The notes: generated from the letters alone by a model not told the origin. Shown: positions 24,770 to 36,000, numbered from the stretch's first letter. The stretch is DNA of 37,099 nucleotides from Octopus bimaculoides (GCF_001194135.2 NC_068993.1:31949241-31986339), one strand, 5' to 3'. Numbers and translations are program-made.

Positions 24770-25195
24770 TGTCTTTCGCAATGTCCAGAATATCAACTTA
24801 ACAGTTTATGGGTCCAGACGTGGCTTATGAGACCAATTTTAGTATGGAATCCATGTTTATAATGGGAGCGCGTTGTAACAGGATCAGAACCCGGTGGATC
24901 TCTTGTTTTCCGTGCAGCCTCCCTTTCTTTAGCTTCTTTATTTGGTATTCTGAGTGCTGTACTCAGGAATACTGAGTAATGCTCCATAATGAATAATGGT
25001 GAGTAAGATGTTCTAAGCACACTGTTCTAAATTACACATTTTAAAAGGTTCTCTTGAGAGTGTCCTTGTATTTCCTCTTTTGTCCACCACGTAAGCAGGA
25101 GTCAACTGGTAGTTCACCAATAAAGATTTGATTGAAGTGTCTGGAGGCCGACATGCATGCAACCTTCCCACTCCCCCACAGTCGGAATTTGCTCT
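24770..25195 (-). mobile_element. 3' fragment of an RTE-BovB LINE
   Basis: CMSASRHFNQIFIGELPVDSCLRGGQKRKYKDTLKRTF and C-terminal FHTKIGLISHVWTH, typical of BovB ORF ends. Confidence 0.8.
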
Positions 25196-25253
25196 GCATA
25201 TATATATATATATAGCGAGAGAGAGGGAGTAAGGATGATTTGCCAACATGATA

Positions 25254-25372
25254 TGGCAGTCCTGGTTTAGGACGAATGTTGCATAAGGACATAAATCGTG
25301 CCGTATAGCCAGCTAGAGACGATATCTCCTGGGGCTAAATTACAGCAGCATTCGTCCTAAACCAGGACTGCC

Positions 25373-25373
<1 letters not shown>
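25254..25373. mobile_element. 120-bp MITE with perfect 25-bp terminal inverted repeats and TA flanks
   Basis: tggcagtcctggtttaggacgaatg (25254-25278) / cattcgtcctaaaccaggactgcca (25349-25373), with TA on both sides. Confidence 0.85.
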
Positions 25374-25415
<42 letters not shown>

Positions 25416-25793
25416 NNNNNNNNNNNNNNNNNNNNNNNNNNNNNNNNNNNNNNNNNNNNNNNNNNNNNNNNNNNNNNNNNNNNNNNNNNNTATTAATAAA
25501 TTCATAAACTCATCAATAATATACTCAGGAAATCAATATTTAATATTTTGAAAGACATACATCCAACATGACACTGCAACATAATAAATTTAAAATTTAA
25601 AATATAAATATACGAAATATAAATATCAATATATATAAAAATCTGAATATAGATAAATATATGTGTGAATATATATGCGTGTATAGATAAATATATGTGT
25701 GAATATATATGCGTATATATGCGTAATTAAGCATGAATATTGTAAAGTCTAAAATATAAAATATAAAGGAACCTAAAATTTAAAGAGTTAAAT

Positions 25794-25879
25794 ATCTTAC
25801 GATCGCTTCGCGGATATTACTATAATCACAAAGTGATCTAAAGATCATCTTATTATCAGTAATTCCGCTCTTCAGAGAT
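25794..25879 (-). ncRNA. Hammerhead ribozyme, antisense copy with GAAG in place of GAAA
   Basis: Reverse complement: atct CTGAAGA gcgga...tccgc GAAG cgatcgt a agat. Confidence 0.7.
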
Positions 25880-26273
25880 GCATTAAGAACCAATAGTATA
25901 TATATATAATATTAAAACATTAGAAATATTTAAAAAATAATAATAATACAACCTCATTAGCTACATATATACAAAAACTTAATAAAAATAAAATTAATTA
26001 TAAACTAGACTGGTCAATAATAGATTCTGCCACACCATACACACATAAATCAAATAATTGCCGTTTATGCACATTAGAATCGCTGAATATATTACTATAT
26101 AAACTAGATAACTTAATAAATAATAGATTAGATGCGATAACATCATGTAAACAAAGGTATTATAAAACCTTCAAATATTATAATAAATCCAAAAATAAGG
26201 TAAAATAAAAAACACATGTGTGTATTCTTATGAATATATCTATACTAAAAGCGCACATATTTGGGTGTATATA

Positions 26274-26311
<38 letters not shown>

Positions 26312-26851
26312 TATAGGGGTAAATATTAGATATATATGCATGTTAAACATGGAGACTTAATAAGGGAATTTTAATGATAGCAATTTACAATTAATTAATT
26401 AAAAATAAATGCTTAAGATTCCAATATATTACTTCATTGGAAAAAAAAAATTGAAATTGAATTTGAAATGGAATCTTCTAACAAAAACTATTTATTTGCA
26501 ATATTCTGAGGTCTAGCCAAATTTAAAATTTAAAATTTAATGTTGAAATATTCGCGGTGGATGAATTTTCAAACTTGGATCGGATTTATAGGATTACCAA
26601 CACGTCTAATAGCAGGATGAGTTTTTCCGAGGTCTTCTATACATTTAGAAAAAAATATACCAATTCTTATACAAATAAGTGTTTAACACTTGAAATTTCA
26701 ACAAAGGATGAAAGGAATGAACTTTACATATTTCAGAAGGATTAATTTGACAATTTATAGAAAGGACAGTATATATTTTATTTTTATTTTTTATTTTTTA
26801 AATATTTCTAATGTTTTAATATTATATATATATACTATTGGTTCTTAATGC

Positions 26852-26937
26852 ATCTCTGAAGAGCGGAATTACTGATAATAAGATGATCTTTAGATCACTT
26901 TGTGATTATAGTAATATCTGCGAAACGATCGTAAGAT
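26852..26937 (+). ncRNA. Type I hammerhead ribozyme with intact catalytic core
   Basis: Stem I atct/agat; CTGAAGA 26856-26862; stem II GCGGA-ATTACT...AGTAAT-A-TCTGC; GAAA 26922-26925; palindromic stem III ACGATCGT 26925-26932; predicted cleavage after GUA (A26933). Confidence 0.8.
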
Positions 26938-27113
26938 ATTTAACTCTTTAAATTTTAGGTGCCTTTATATTTTATATTTTAGACTTTATAATATTCATGC
27001 TTAATTACGCATANNNNNNNNNNNNNNNNNNNNNNNNNNNNNNNNNNNNNNNNNNNNNNNNNNNNNNNNNNNNNNNNNNNNNNNNNNNNNNNNNNNNNNN
27101 NNNNNNNNNNNNN

Positions 27114-27177
27114 ATATATACGTTTATATATATATATATATGTTTATATATATATATATATATGTCTATATATGTAT

Positions 27178-27208
<31 letters not shown>

Positions 27209-27284
27209 CACACATATAAATATATATATATGTATGTATGTATCTACGTACGTATGTATATACGTATGTATGTACGTATGTATG

Positions 27285-27328
<44 letters not shown>

Positions 27329-27370
27329 CATATGCGTACGTTTATGTGTGCGTATGCATAGGTATGCATG
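27114..27370. repeat. (TA)/(TATG) microsatellite
   Basis: Directly visible. Confidence 0.9.
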
Positions 27371-27888
27371 TTTGTCTATATGTACTTCTAAGACTAATGA
27401 GAATTGTTTCTAAGAGTTACATATTTCGAAAACTGATACTTTAGACCAACATGAAACAGCAAGCCAGATTGAAAATTATAGTAACATTACTTTCAAAAAC
27501 ATTACGCTGAGCAAAACAGTAATACAAAAACAAAAGGATTAGAAATATTATTCAATCAATAAAACATAAACATACACATTAGTAATTACAGAAATATAAT
27601 GTTTAAATGATGATAATAATAATAAAGAAACATGAAATAAATTTGTAGACAGATTCTTGCCAAAATTCTGAGGGAGTCTATTAATGGATTTTCATTTTAT
27701 GGATATTTCTTCCTTTTATTTCAGGATTTTCTATTTATGTATGCATGTTTGTTTGTTCATGTGTCTGCGAGCATGTGTGTGTCTGTGACCATGTGTGTAT
27801 GTATATACAAGTATGTATATGTACATACATATATACACGCACACACACACACATACACACACTCATATATAAATTCTTTAATTTTTAT

Positions 27889-28075
27889 TCTTTTATTTGT
27901 TTCAGTCGTTTGACTGCGGCCATGTTGGAGCTTCGGCTTTTAGTCGAAGAAATCGGCACAACTTATTCTTTGTAAGCCCGGTATTTATTCCATCGATCTT
28001 TAGACGAAACGCTAAGTTACGGGACGTAAATACACTAACATCGGTTCTCAAACGAATCTGGGGGAACAAACGCAT
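27889..28075 (-). mobile_element. 3' half of an abundant octopus-type SINE
   Basis: gtttcagtc.tttgactg.ggccatg.tggagc..cttattctttgtaagcc..cgctaagttacggg pattern; recalled family, unverified. Confidence 0.7.
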
Positions 28076-28898
28076 AACGAGGACACACTTACACACCCAC
28101 ACACCNNNNNNNNNNNNNNNNNNNNNNNNNNNNNNNNNNNNNNNNNNNNNNNNNNNNNNNNNNNNNNNNNNNNNNNNNNNNNNNNNNNNNNNNNNNNNNN
28201 NNNNNNNNNNNNNNNNNNNNNNNNNNNNNNNNNNNNNNNNNNNNNNNNNNNNNNNNNNNNNNNNNNNNNNNNNNNNNNNNNNNNNNNNNNNNNNNNNNNN
28301 NNNNNNNNNNNNNNNNNNNNNNNNNNNNNNNNNNNNNNNNNNNNNNNNNNNNNNNNNNNNNNNNNNNNNNNNNNNNCCGGACAGTAAGACGATACAAAAA
28401 AGGACAGGAAAAAATAAATGCGGGTCATTTAGGGCTTCCTATCCTAAGTCGAGTTCCACATCGTCGTTGCAGTTTTGGCCGGTTACACTTGAGACTGCTT
28501 CAATCTGGCCGGCCCCAAGAAAATCTAAACTAAGACCACTAGACGCCTTGGAAGAAAGCAAGATAATGTATACAAAAACAAGGACGTAATAAACGAAGAA
28601 ATGGTACACAATTACAAATATAAAAGACAGAACATTAACAACTAAGCAGAAATTAAATTCAGCAGGCGTGTGTGGAAGTGAAGCCTTACAGCAAGAACAT
28701 ACGAGATGAAAGTCATGGGAGAAAAGTCAGGCATGGCGAAACAATGGTCACATAGAAGAAGAGGAGATAGGTAGGGGTATCGGGTTTAAAGAATTAGGGA
28801 GGGGCGAGCAAGAGAGAAATAGAAAGGAAAGGGACAGAGTGAGGTAAAAGAAAGTATGAAGGGGCTAAAAGAAAAAGTAAAAGACTCGTACTGAATTT

Positions 28899-28936
28899 GA
28901 CAGGCTTCTTTCAGTTTCCGTTTGCCAAATCCACTC
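28899..28936 (-). mobile_element. End of the 5' half of the same SINE type
   Basis: Reverse complement gagtggatttggcaaacggaaactgaaagaagcctgtc matches the motif at 34292-34329. Confidence 0.65.
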
Positions 28937-28974
28937 TATAATAGAAAACATATATATATATATATGCAAAAGAA

Positions 28975-29455
28975 AGTGTGCCTGCATTTAAGTATATATG
29001 TAGAAGTAGGTAAGGGTCTATACATGTGTATACCTATGTGAGCATGTTCATGTGTGTAACAATGATGCTATAAACAGCTTATCGTGCAAAATCTCAAATA
29101 TTTAGAGAGATATTTCCAATGATAAACAATAGAAACTTCAGGCATCAATGGCATATCATTGGATTTGAAAATACGTAAAGCAAAGTAATCAAAGTCTTTT
29201 GATCTCTTTTTGAGAAAAGTGATTGGTGCGACTGATGCCAACTTCAAATTGACCGTTCATTTCAGACCATGCACTCAATTTGCTTACGGATAAATCTATA
29301 GACGATACTCATTTATATTCAATATATAGTGTGGGTTCGCTAAATCGATTAGTGTGATTTACATAATTATGAACTCGTTGCTGGTAATGTCCAACTGTAT
29401 TCAATTAAACAATATAAAAATAACCAAACTTTCCTTTCGTTATTGATGGATATAC
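28975..29455 (+). repeat. Non-coding module C, copy 1
   Basis: Roughly 80-85% identical by eye to 34455-34920. Confidence 0.85.
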
Positions 29456-29507
29456 TCTACTAGACTTTTCTTACGTGTGTGTGTGTACGCGTGTGCCTGT
29501 ATGTATG

Positions 29508-29540
<33 letters not shown>

Positions 29541-30199
29541 NNNNNNNNNNNNNNNNNNNNNNNNNNNNNNNNNNNNNNNNNNNNNNNNNNNNNNNNNNNN
29601 NNNNNNNNNNNNNNNNNNNNNNNNNNNNNNNNNNNNNNNNNNNNNNNNNNNNNNNNNNNNNNNNNNNNNNNNNNNNNNNNNNNNNNNNNNNNNNNNNNNN
29701 NNNNNNNNNNNNNNNNNNNNNNNNNNNNNNNNNNNNNNNNNNNNNNNNNNNNNNNNNNNNNNNNNNNNNNNNNNNNNNNNNNNNNNNNNNNNNNNNNNNN
29801 NNNNNNNNNNNNNNNNNNNNNNNNNNNNNNNNNNNNNNNNNNNNNNNNNNNNNNNNNNNNNNNNNNNNNNNNNNNNNNNNNNNNNNNNNNNNNNNNNNNN
29901 NNNNNNNNNNNNNNNNNNNNNNNNNNNNNNNNNNNNNNNNNNNNNNNNNNNNNNNNNNNNNNNNNNNNNNNNNNNNNNNNNNNNNNNNNNNNNNNNNNNN
30001 NNNNNNNNNNNNNNNNNNNNNNNNNNNNNNNNNNNNNNNNNNNNNNNNNNNNNNNNNNNNNNNNNNNNNNNNNNNNNNNNNNNNNNNNNNNNNNNNNNNN
30101 NNNNNNNNNNNNNNNNNNNNNNNNNNNNNNNNNNNNNNNNNNNNNNNNNNNNNNNNNNNNNNNNNNNNNNNNNNNNNNNNGGGGGGGGGGGAGTCGGAT

Positions 30200-31266
30200 A
30201 GGATTTTTGTGCTGCTTGGCAGCAGTTTAGTGTAAATGTATTCAGACGTTAGCGGGTCTGAATTGTCTTCATCGGAGGAGGAGTTGGTGAAGGAGGTGTT
30301 AAGAATGGACAGAATGTTGGAGAAAACAAAAGTTTTTCTGAAGCGGCGGAGGTGAAGAAAAAGGATGTAGACCTGGCTGCACTAAAGGAATATGGAAAAA
30401 TGACGCAGAAGGTGGGTGGCGACGTGAAGTTGTCGCCCCCTAAAAGAATCATGGAGCAAATGGAGAGGAAGACTATCACCTTTAGGGTGCACTCGCCGAA
30501 GAACAAAAAGGTTGAACAGGTGGAAACGGAAAGAATAGAAAAAGCGCTAAGGAAGCAGTTTAACCAAATAATATACATAACCAATAGATATAAATACGGG
30601 ACAGTGATCGTCCAGTTTAGGACAGGGGAAGAGGCGAGGAGGCTGGCGTGTGTGGCGGCGAGGACGGAAGAGGTGGTTTTATTCCCACATATCTTGGATG
30701 AAAGACTTCCAAGGTAAGGGTGGAAGCAATCCCACCTGATATAGAAGTGGCTTGGGTCGCGGCAGCCGTCCTCGTTGGAAGCGAGGAGGACATGGCTGTC
30801 CTCCAAGCCACGGAAACAGAAAAGGGAGGATGCAGAGGGAAATCACTGGATCTCATCCTGCAGGCGAAGGAGAAGCAGCTAGAGAGCTGGCGGAGACAGT
30901 GACGTTGGGAGAAATTGTGTTAAGAATGTAGGTGGAGAGCAGAGTACCACGTTGTTTTAAATGTGGCCAAAATGGTCACATTACAGCACAATGCCCTCTA
31001 CAGAAGAAAACAATAGATGAAACAACAGACGAACCAGTTGTGGAGACGGAGGAGAAAAGAGAGGAAGAAAAGAAAGATGGAGGAAAGGAGGAAGAATGGG
31101 CAGCAGCAGAGAGTAGAAGAAAGAAGAGGAAGAAAAGAAAGAAAACTGAGTGTGATGTGGTACCCCAGTCCAACACCATCCCACCCAAGCCCACTCAGAC
31201 CCACCCACCCTATACAGACACCAGACCCACCAGGAAAAAAAAGAAAAAGAAAAAAGAGCAGACACC
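30200..31266 (+). mobile_element. L1/Tx1-like ORF1 (gag-like, CCHC knuckle), frameshifted, running into a gap
   Basis: 30352-30717 (LSPPKRIME..YGTVIVQFRT..EEVVLFP) aligns with ORF1 at 8085-9142; CFKCGQNGHITAQC knuckle in 30932-; K/E-rich tail. Confidence 0.8.
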
Positions 31267-31933
31267 NNNNNNNNNNNNNNNNNNNNNNNNNNNNNNNNNN
31301 NNNNNNNNNNNNNNNNNNNNNNNNNNNNNNNNNNNNNNNNNNNNNNNNNNNNNNNNNNNNNNNNNNNNNNNNNNNNNNNNNNNNNNNNNNNNNNNNNNNN
31401 NNNNNNNNNNNNNNNNNNNNNNNNNNNNNNNNNNNNNNNNNNNNNNNNNNNNNNNNNNNNNNNNNNNNNNNNNNNNNNNNNNNNNNNNNNNNNNNNNNNN
31501 NNNNNNNNNNNNNNNNNNNNNNNNNNNNNNNNNNNNNNNNNNNNNNNNNNNNNNNNNNNNNNNNNNNNNNNNNNNNNNNNNNNNNNNNNNNNNNNNNNNN
31601 NNNNNNNNNNNNNNNNNNNNNNNNNNNNNNNNNNNNNNNNNNNNNNNNNNNNNNNNNNNNNNNNNNNNNNNNNNNNNNNNNNNNNNNNNNNNNNNNNNNN
31701 NNNNNNNNNNNNNNNNNNNNNNNNNNNNNNNNNNNNNNNNNNNNNNNNNNNNNNNNNNNNNNNNNNNNNNNNNNNNNNNNNNNNNNNNNNNNNNNNNNNN
31801 NNNNNNNNNNNNNNNNNNNNNNNNNNNNNNNNNNNNNNNNNNNNNNNNNNNNNNNNNNNNNNNNNNNNNNNNNNNNNNNNNNNNNNNNNNNNNNNNNNNN
31901 NNNNNNNNNNNNNNNNNNNNNNNNNNNNNNNNN

Positions 31934-32630
31934 TAAGAATTTTTTCTAATGAATTTTTTTTTTTTACTGAAGACTTTCGTAATTGGATTTTTTTCCTGTT
32001 TATGAACATTCAAGTACTAATTGCTGTTAATTATACAGCGAATACCAGATTTTGTGGATAAAATTATTTGGATATCGTGGATTACGTATATCGGATTACC
32101 CAGGCCTGGCCAGGAGTTCGAATAGGCCAGAGTACAGTGGTTATTTTAAATGTGTATTGTTTTCTTTTTTTTTGTAATGACAACACAGCTAAGTTTAGCT
32201 CTGTTTTGGATTAAGTCTACGAAAAGGTATTAGCAGCGCAGCCTGAAGGTAGGGGAAATTTTGTTTCTGGGGCGCAGTGGGGGTATTTTGCTTATATTCT
32301 ATTATTATTTTTCACTAGTAAGGTATCCCCCCACTGGTCTCGGGGCGATTCTGTTCGACTTTAGTTGCGTTGGTTTTGTTGAAAAGTCCCTGGGGGCGTA
32401 TCCCGCAACGCAGGAATTTGTTCTAACGAAAATATTTTATTGAAGACATTTGTAATTGGATTTTTGTCTCTGTTTAGGAACATTCAAGTATTGATTGCTG
32501 TTAATTATACAGTGAACATCTGATTTTGTGGAAAAATTATTTGGATATTGTGGATTACCTATATGGGATTACCCAGGACTGACCAGGAGTTCAAATAGGC
32601 CAGAGGACAGTGAACATTCAACTGTGCATT
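31934..32630 (+). repeat. Tandem duplication D (period about 474 bp) upstream of the third ORF1
   Basis: 31934-32160 aligns with 32413-32630 (ttgctgttaattatacag at 32021 and 32495). Confidence 0.85.
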
Positions 32631-32699
32631 TTTTTAAACTGTTTTTCTTGCTTTTTTGTTTTACTTTTTTCTAGTTAACCGTGAACATGAAAAGCATAA

Positions 32700-34080
32700 A
32701 TAATAATAACATTACTTTGGAGTGAGAGATCAACCCACCCAAAGAATGGGTGAAAGATCTGAAAGAGAGGACAGTGGTTCTGAGAACTTATTCAAGGTTT
32801 TTGGACAACATTGTCCCCTTTTCCAGACCAGAGATAGAAGAAGAACTGGCGGAATATATACCGATGATAAGGCATATTGCTAGGGGTCCCAAATATGCAA
32901 CAGTATGGTTGCTGTTCGAGACCCCGGAGATGGCGTGTAAGTTCGTCAGTCAACCCCTGGAAGGGGAAAGAATTCTATTTCTCCCCTTATATTGTGGGAG
33001 AAAATGCAAGCGTGCGTGGGAGTGCGGGTTGCCGCCAGGGGTTAAGCCCGGATGGATAGCAGAAACTGTCCGACGGGGACTTGGTAGCAGTAAGGACACC
33101 AAATTATTAACTGTAAAAATGTTGCGGTCGGGGCTAAAGCCGTGTTGACTCTGTGGACCCATCAGCCGCTGATAATCTGTTTTTTCAAGACTACTTGACT
33201 ATGGCTGGATCTAGGTATCCTGTGATCCTTGAGGGTCGCCCCCCCCCCCCACCAAGTGTCACAGATGCCTAGAGCCCGGCCATATAAAGGATTGTCGCTG
33301 GGACCAGAGAATGACCCAGGAGCAGTCAATTAATAAAGAACGCAGTCCTGCTCAGCAGGTGGAAAGAAATGAGGAAGCGGAGGCCTTACTAGAAAGAGGG
33401 AAAAAGAGAAAGGCGAGCAGTGATAGTAGCCCTCCGAAACCTCACATAAATAATGTAGAGGTGGAAGGGGAATTAAAGTCCCTGGGTAAACCGGAGGACC
33501 CTCCTCCCACCGGAAAAAAGAAAAAGAGGAAAAGGAAAAAAATGGTATGCCGACGGTTGAGCTGTCGACAGACGTTGAATTATCGTCGGGTGGAATTGCG
33601 CCTATCTCGTCCCCGGAGGAAGAGGAAATATTGGTCTTTTACAGAGGAGGAAGAGCTGGAAAAGCACCAAAAGGGAGCAACTTTGACCTGCACAAGTGAT
33701 CCCGAATGGCTTCCGCAGATAGGTGTGGAGGTCATTAACGTTGGTTGTGATGCAAAGGTTGGAGGGGCTTAATGAGAAATATAGCTTGTGGCCGGGCAAC
33801 GTCGACACGCCATTCGCTGGGTGCTTGAAAGCGGCGTGGGTGTTGGTGGTAGATGTGGTCACAAGCGATGATGGGGAGGAATATGGATAGTTGAAATGCC
33901 TCAAATTATGAATTGAGGAGGGGTTTGAAACCACATTTTGTTTAAAACAAAGTAAGAGGCGTAATGCCTCTTTTTGTAACAATGAACATAACGAACAGTG
34001 TAAGAGGCTTGCTGCCTCACATATAAGAGAACAATGTTTTCGGGGATCAGACAGTCGGCGGATGCTGCTTCTTCCCCCCC
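32700..34080 (+). mobile_element. L1/Tx1-like ORF1 plus the start of ORF2, truncated
   Basis: 32750-33148 (PKYATVWLLFET..ILFLPLYCG) is homologous to the other ORF1s. Knuckle PKCHRCLEPGHIKDC near 33250-33298, K-rich tail, and an APE-start-like NITNSVRGLL near 33985. Confidence 0.72.
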
Positions 34081-34190
34081 ATTTATTCATTAATAATCAT
34101 CACTTTTTTCCACATAAAATTATGTCTATGTCCAACCCACAGCTTCCCTCTTTCTGTATGAGGCCTTTATGGCCTATCTTGATGAAATAA

Positions 34191-34330
34191 AGAAGCTTGC
34201 TTCCCAACCACATGGTTCCAGGTTCAATCCCACTGCGTGGCACCTTGGGCAAGTGTCGATGACTATAGTCTCGTGCCGACCACAACTTTGTGAGTGGGTT
34301 TGGTAGACGGAAACTGAAAGAAGCCTGTCG
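34191..34330 (+). mobile_element. tRNA-derived SINE 5' half
   Basis: B-box-like ggttcaatccc, gcaccttgggcaagtgtc core and gacggaaactgaaagaagcc followed by (TA)n. Confidence 0.85.
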
Positions 34331-34418
34331 TATATATATAGAGAGAGGTAGATAGCTATAGATATAGATATATAGGCATGTAAATAATATTAGCAAAGAG
34401 GAAGCACCATATAGGTAG

Positions 34419-34454
<36 letters not shown>

Positions 34455-34455
<1 letters not shown>

Positions 34456-34920
34456 TGTGCGCGTTCATTTAAGTGCGTGTGTAGGTAAGTGTCTATATAT
34501 GTATATACCTATGCGAATAAGTTCATGTGTGTAACAATGATGCTATAAACAGCTTATCGTGCAAAATCTCAAGTGTTTGGTGAGATAATTCCAATAATAA
34601 ACAATAGTGTCTTTAGACATGAATGCCATATCATTGGATTCGAAAATACGTAAAGCAGAGTAATCAAAGTCTTTTGATCTCTTTTTGAAAAAAGAGGTTG
34701 GTGCGACAAATGCTAACTTCAAATTGAATGTTCATGCATTCAACTTGCTTACGGATGGATCTATAAATGATAGTCATTTATATTCAATATATAGTTTGGG
34801 TTTGCTAAATAGATTACTGTGATTTACATAATTAGGAATTCGTTATTGGTAATGTCCAACTGTATTCAATTAAACGACATAAGGATGAGCAACGTTTCTT
34901 TCACGTATTGATGAATATTA
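34455..34920 (+). repeat. Non-coding module C, copy 2
   Basis: Direct repeat of 28975-29455 with a roughly 10-bp indel. Confidence 0.85.
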
Positions 34921-34928
34921 TTACACTG

Positions 34929-35818
34929 CACGAGAGGCTACCCAAAAGTCACTGGAAACGTTCTCTGTGGAACAAGCCCGTTGTAGTTCGCGCTTCCGGC
35001 ACGGAAGTCACTTCATGCAACACTCGGCGAATTTGTCTTCCGTTGTGCTGTCACGTGGTGCGTCTTTGTTTTTGCAGTGCTTTTCCCCTGTTCATCGATT
35101 TTGACATGGCTGAAACGAAGGAACAAGCGTGCTTCCGTGAATGATTGTTTCCTGCTGGGGAAAACGGCATCCGAAACAATTGTCATGCTTCAAACAGATT
35201 ACAAGGACGCTACCATAAGCAAAACGCAAGTTTACGAATGGTTTACACGCTTAATGAATGGTCATTTGTCGCTCGAAAACCAACCTTGTTCAGGGCCACT
35301 GACGACTGGGTTTACGAAGGAAAACACCGTGAAAATTCATGATCTGTTCTTGGAGAACCGTCCCTGAACAATTGACGAACCTGTTGACATGATTAGCGTG
35401 TCCTGGAGCTCCTGCCAATGAATTTTGAGCAAGGAATTGCGAATGAAAAGAGTTTCAGCAAAATTTGTGCTTCGCTTGCTCACGGAAGATCAAAATCAGT
35501 CATGACTGAATGCGTGTCGTGATCTAAAAGAACGGTTGAAAGTTGATCCGGACCTTTATTCGAAGGTCATCCCTGGTGGTGAAAGCTGGTGCTACGGAAT
35601 TTCTAGTTGTGGAAGAGATAAAGAAAAAACGACGGAGACGTTAAAGGGTACCATTTCGCAAGTGTTCTAGCACTGCTTCGAACTGTGGAAAACGCCTCTG
35701 GACCGATGCATTTCTTCAAATGCAGAATACTTTGAAGGCGATAAAAATGTAAACATGTAAACCTAAGTGAATAAAGTACTATTGCAAAATTCCGGTTTCA
35801 TTTGGGAACGCCCTCGTA
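34929..35818 (+). mobile_element. Internally deleted mariner (Tc1/mariner) transposon
   Basis: MAETKEQ..FLLGKTASET..VYEWF..KRVSAKFVLRLLTEDQ..VIPGGESWCYG joined directly to the C-terminal ..LDRCISSNAEYFEGD. Degenerate TIRs of about 29 bp (cacgagaggctacccaaaag / tttgggaacgccctcgta). Confidence 0.9.
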
Positions 35819-35825
35819 TGTGAAC

Positions 35826-36000
35826 GAAGCCTATCGTTTACATACATACATACATACACACGCACAACACACACACACACACACATATATNNNNNNNNNN
35901 NNNNNNNNNNNNNNNNNNNNNNNNNNNNNNNNNNNNNNNNNNNNNNNNNATATATATATATATTACGATATATGTATATATATATGTATATATCTACATA
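35826..36000. repeat. (TACA)/(CA)/(TA) microsatellite with gap 35891-35949
   Basis: Directly visible. Confidence 0.85.

Larger units (their letters stand above)
25718..27013 (+). mobile_element. Young 5'-truncated Penelope-like element with inverted pseudo-LTR segments
   Basis: Inverted repeat 25718-25940 / 26791-27013 (223 bp, 4 mismatches counted; the right arm runs into a gap). Stop-free frame 25924-26208 reads TTSLATYIQKL..LDWSIIDSATPY..NNCRLCTLE..NLINNRLDAITSCKQ, typical of PLE GIY-YIG C-termini. Confidence 0.75.

Noticed and set aside
26557-26745. 62-aa ORF inside the PLE
   Set aside because: No recognisable motif; a short ORF is compatible with chance.
29040-29240. Minus-strand frame of about 53 codons open in both module C copies
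   Set aside because: Differences are mostly non-synonymous, a 10-bp indel lies just upstream, and no start or splice context is evident.
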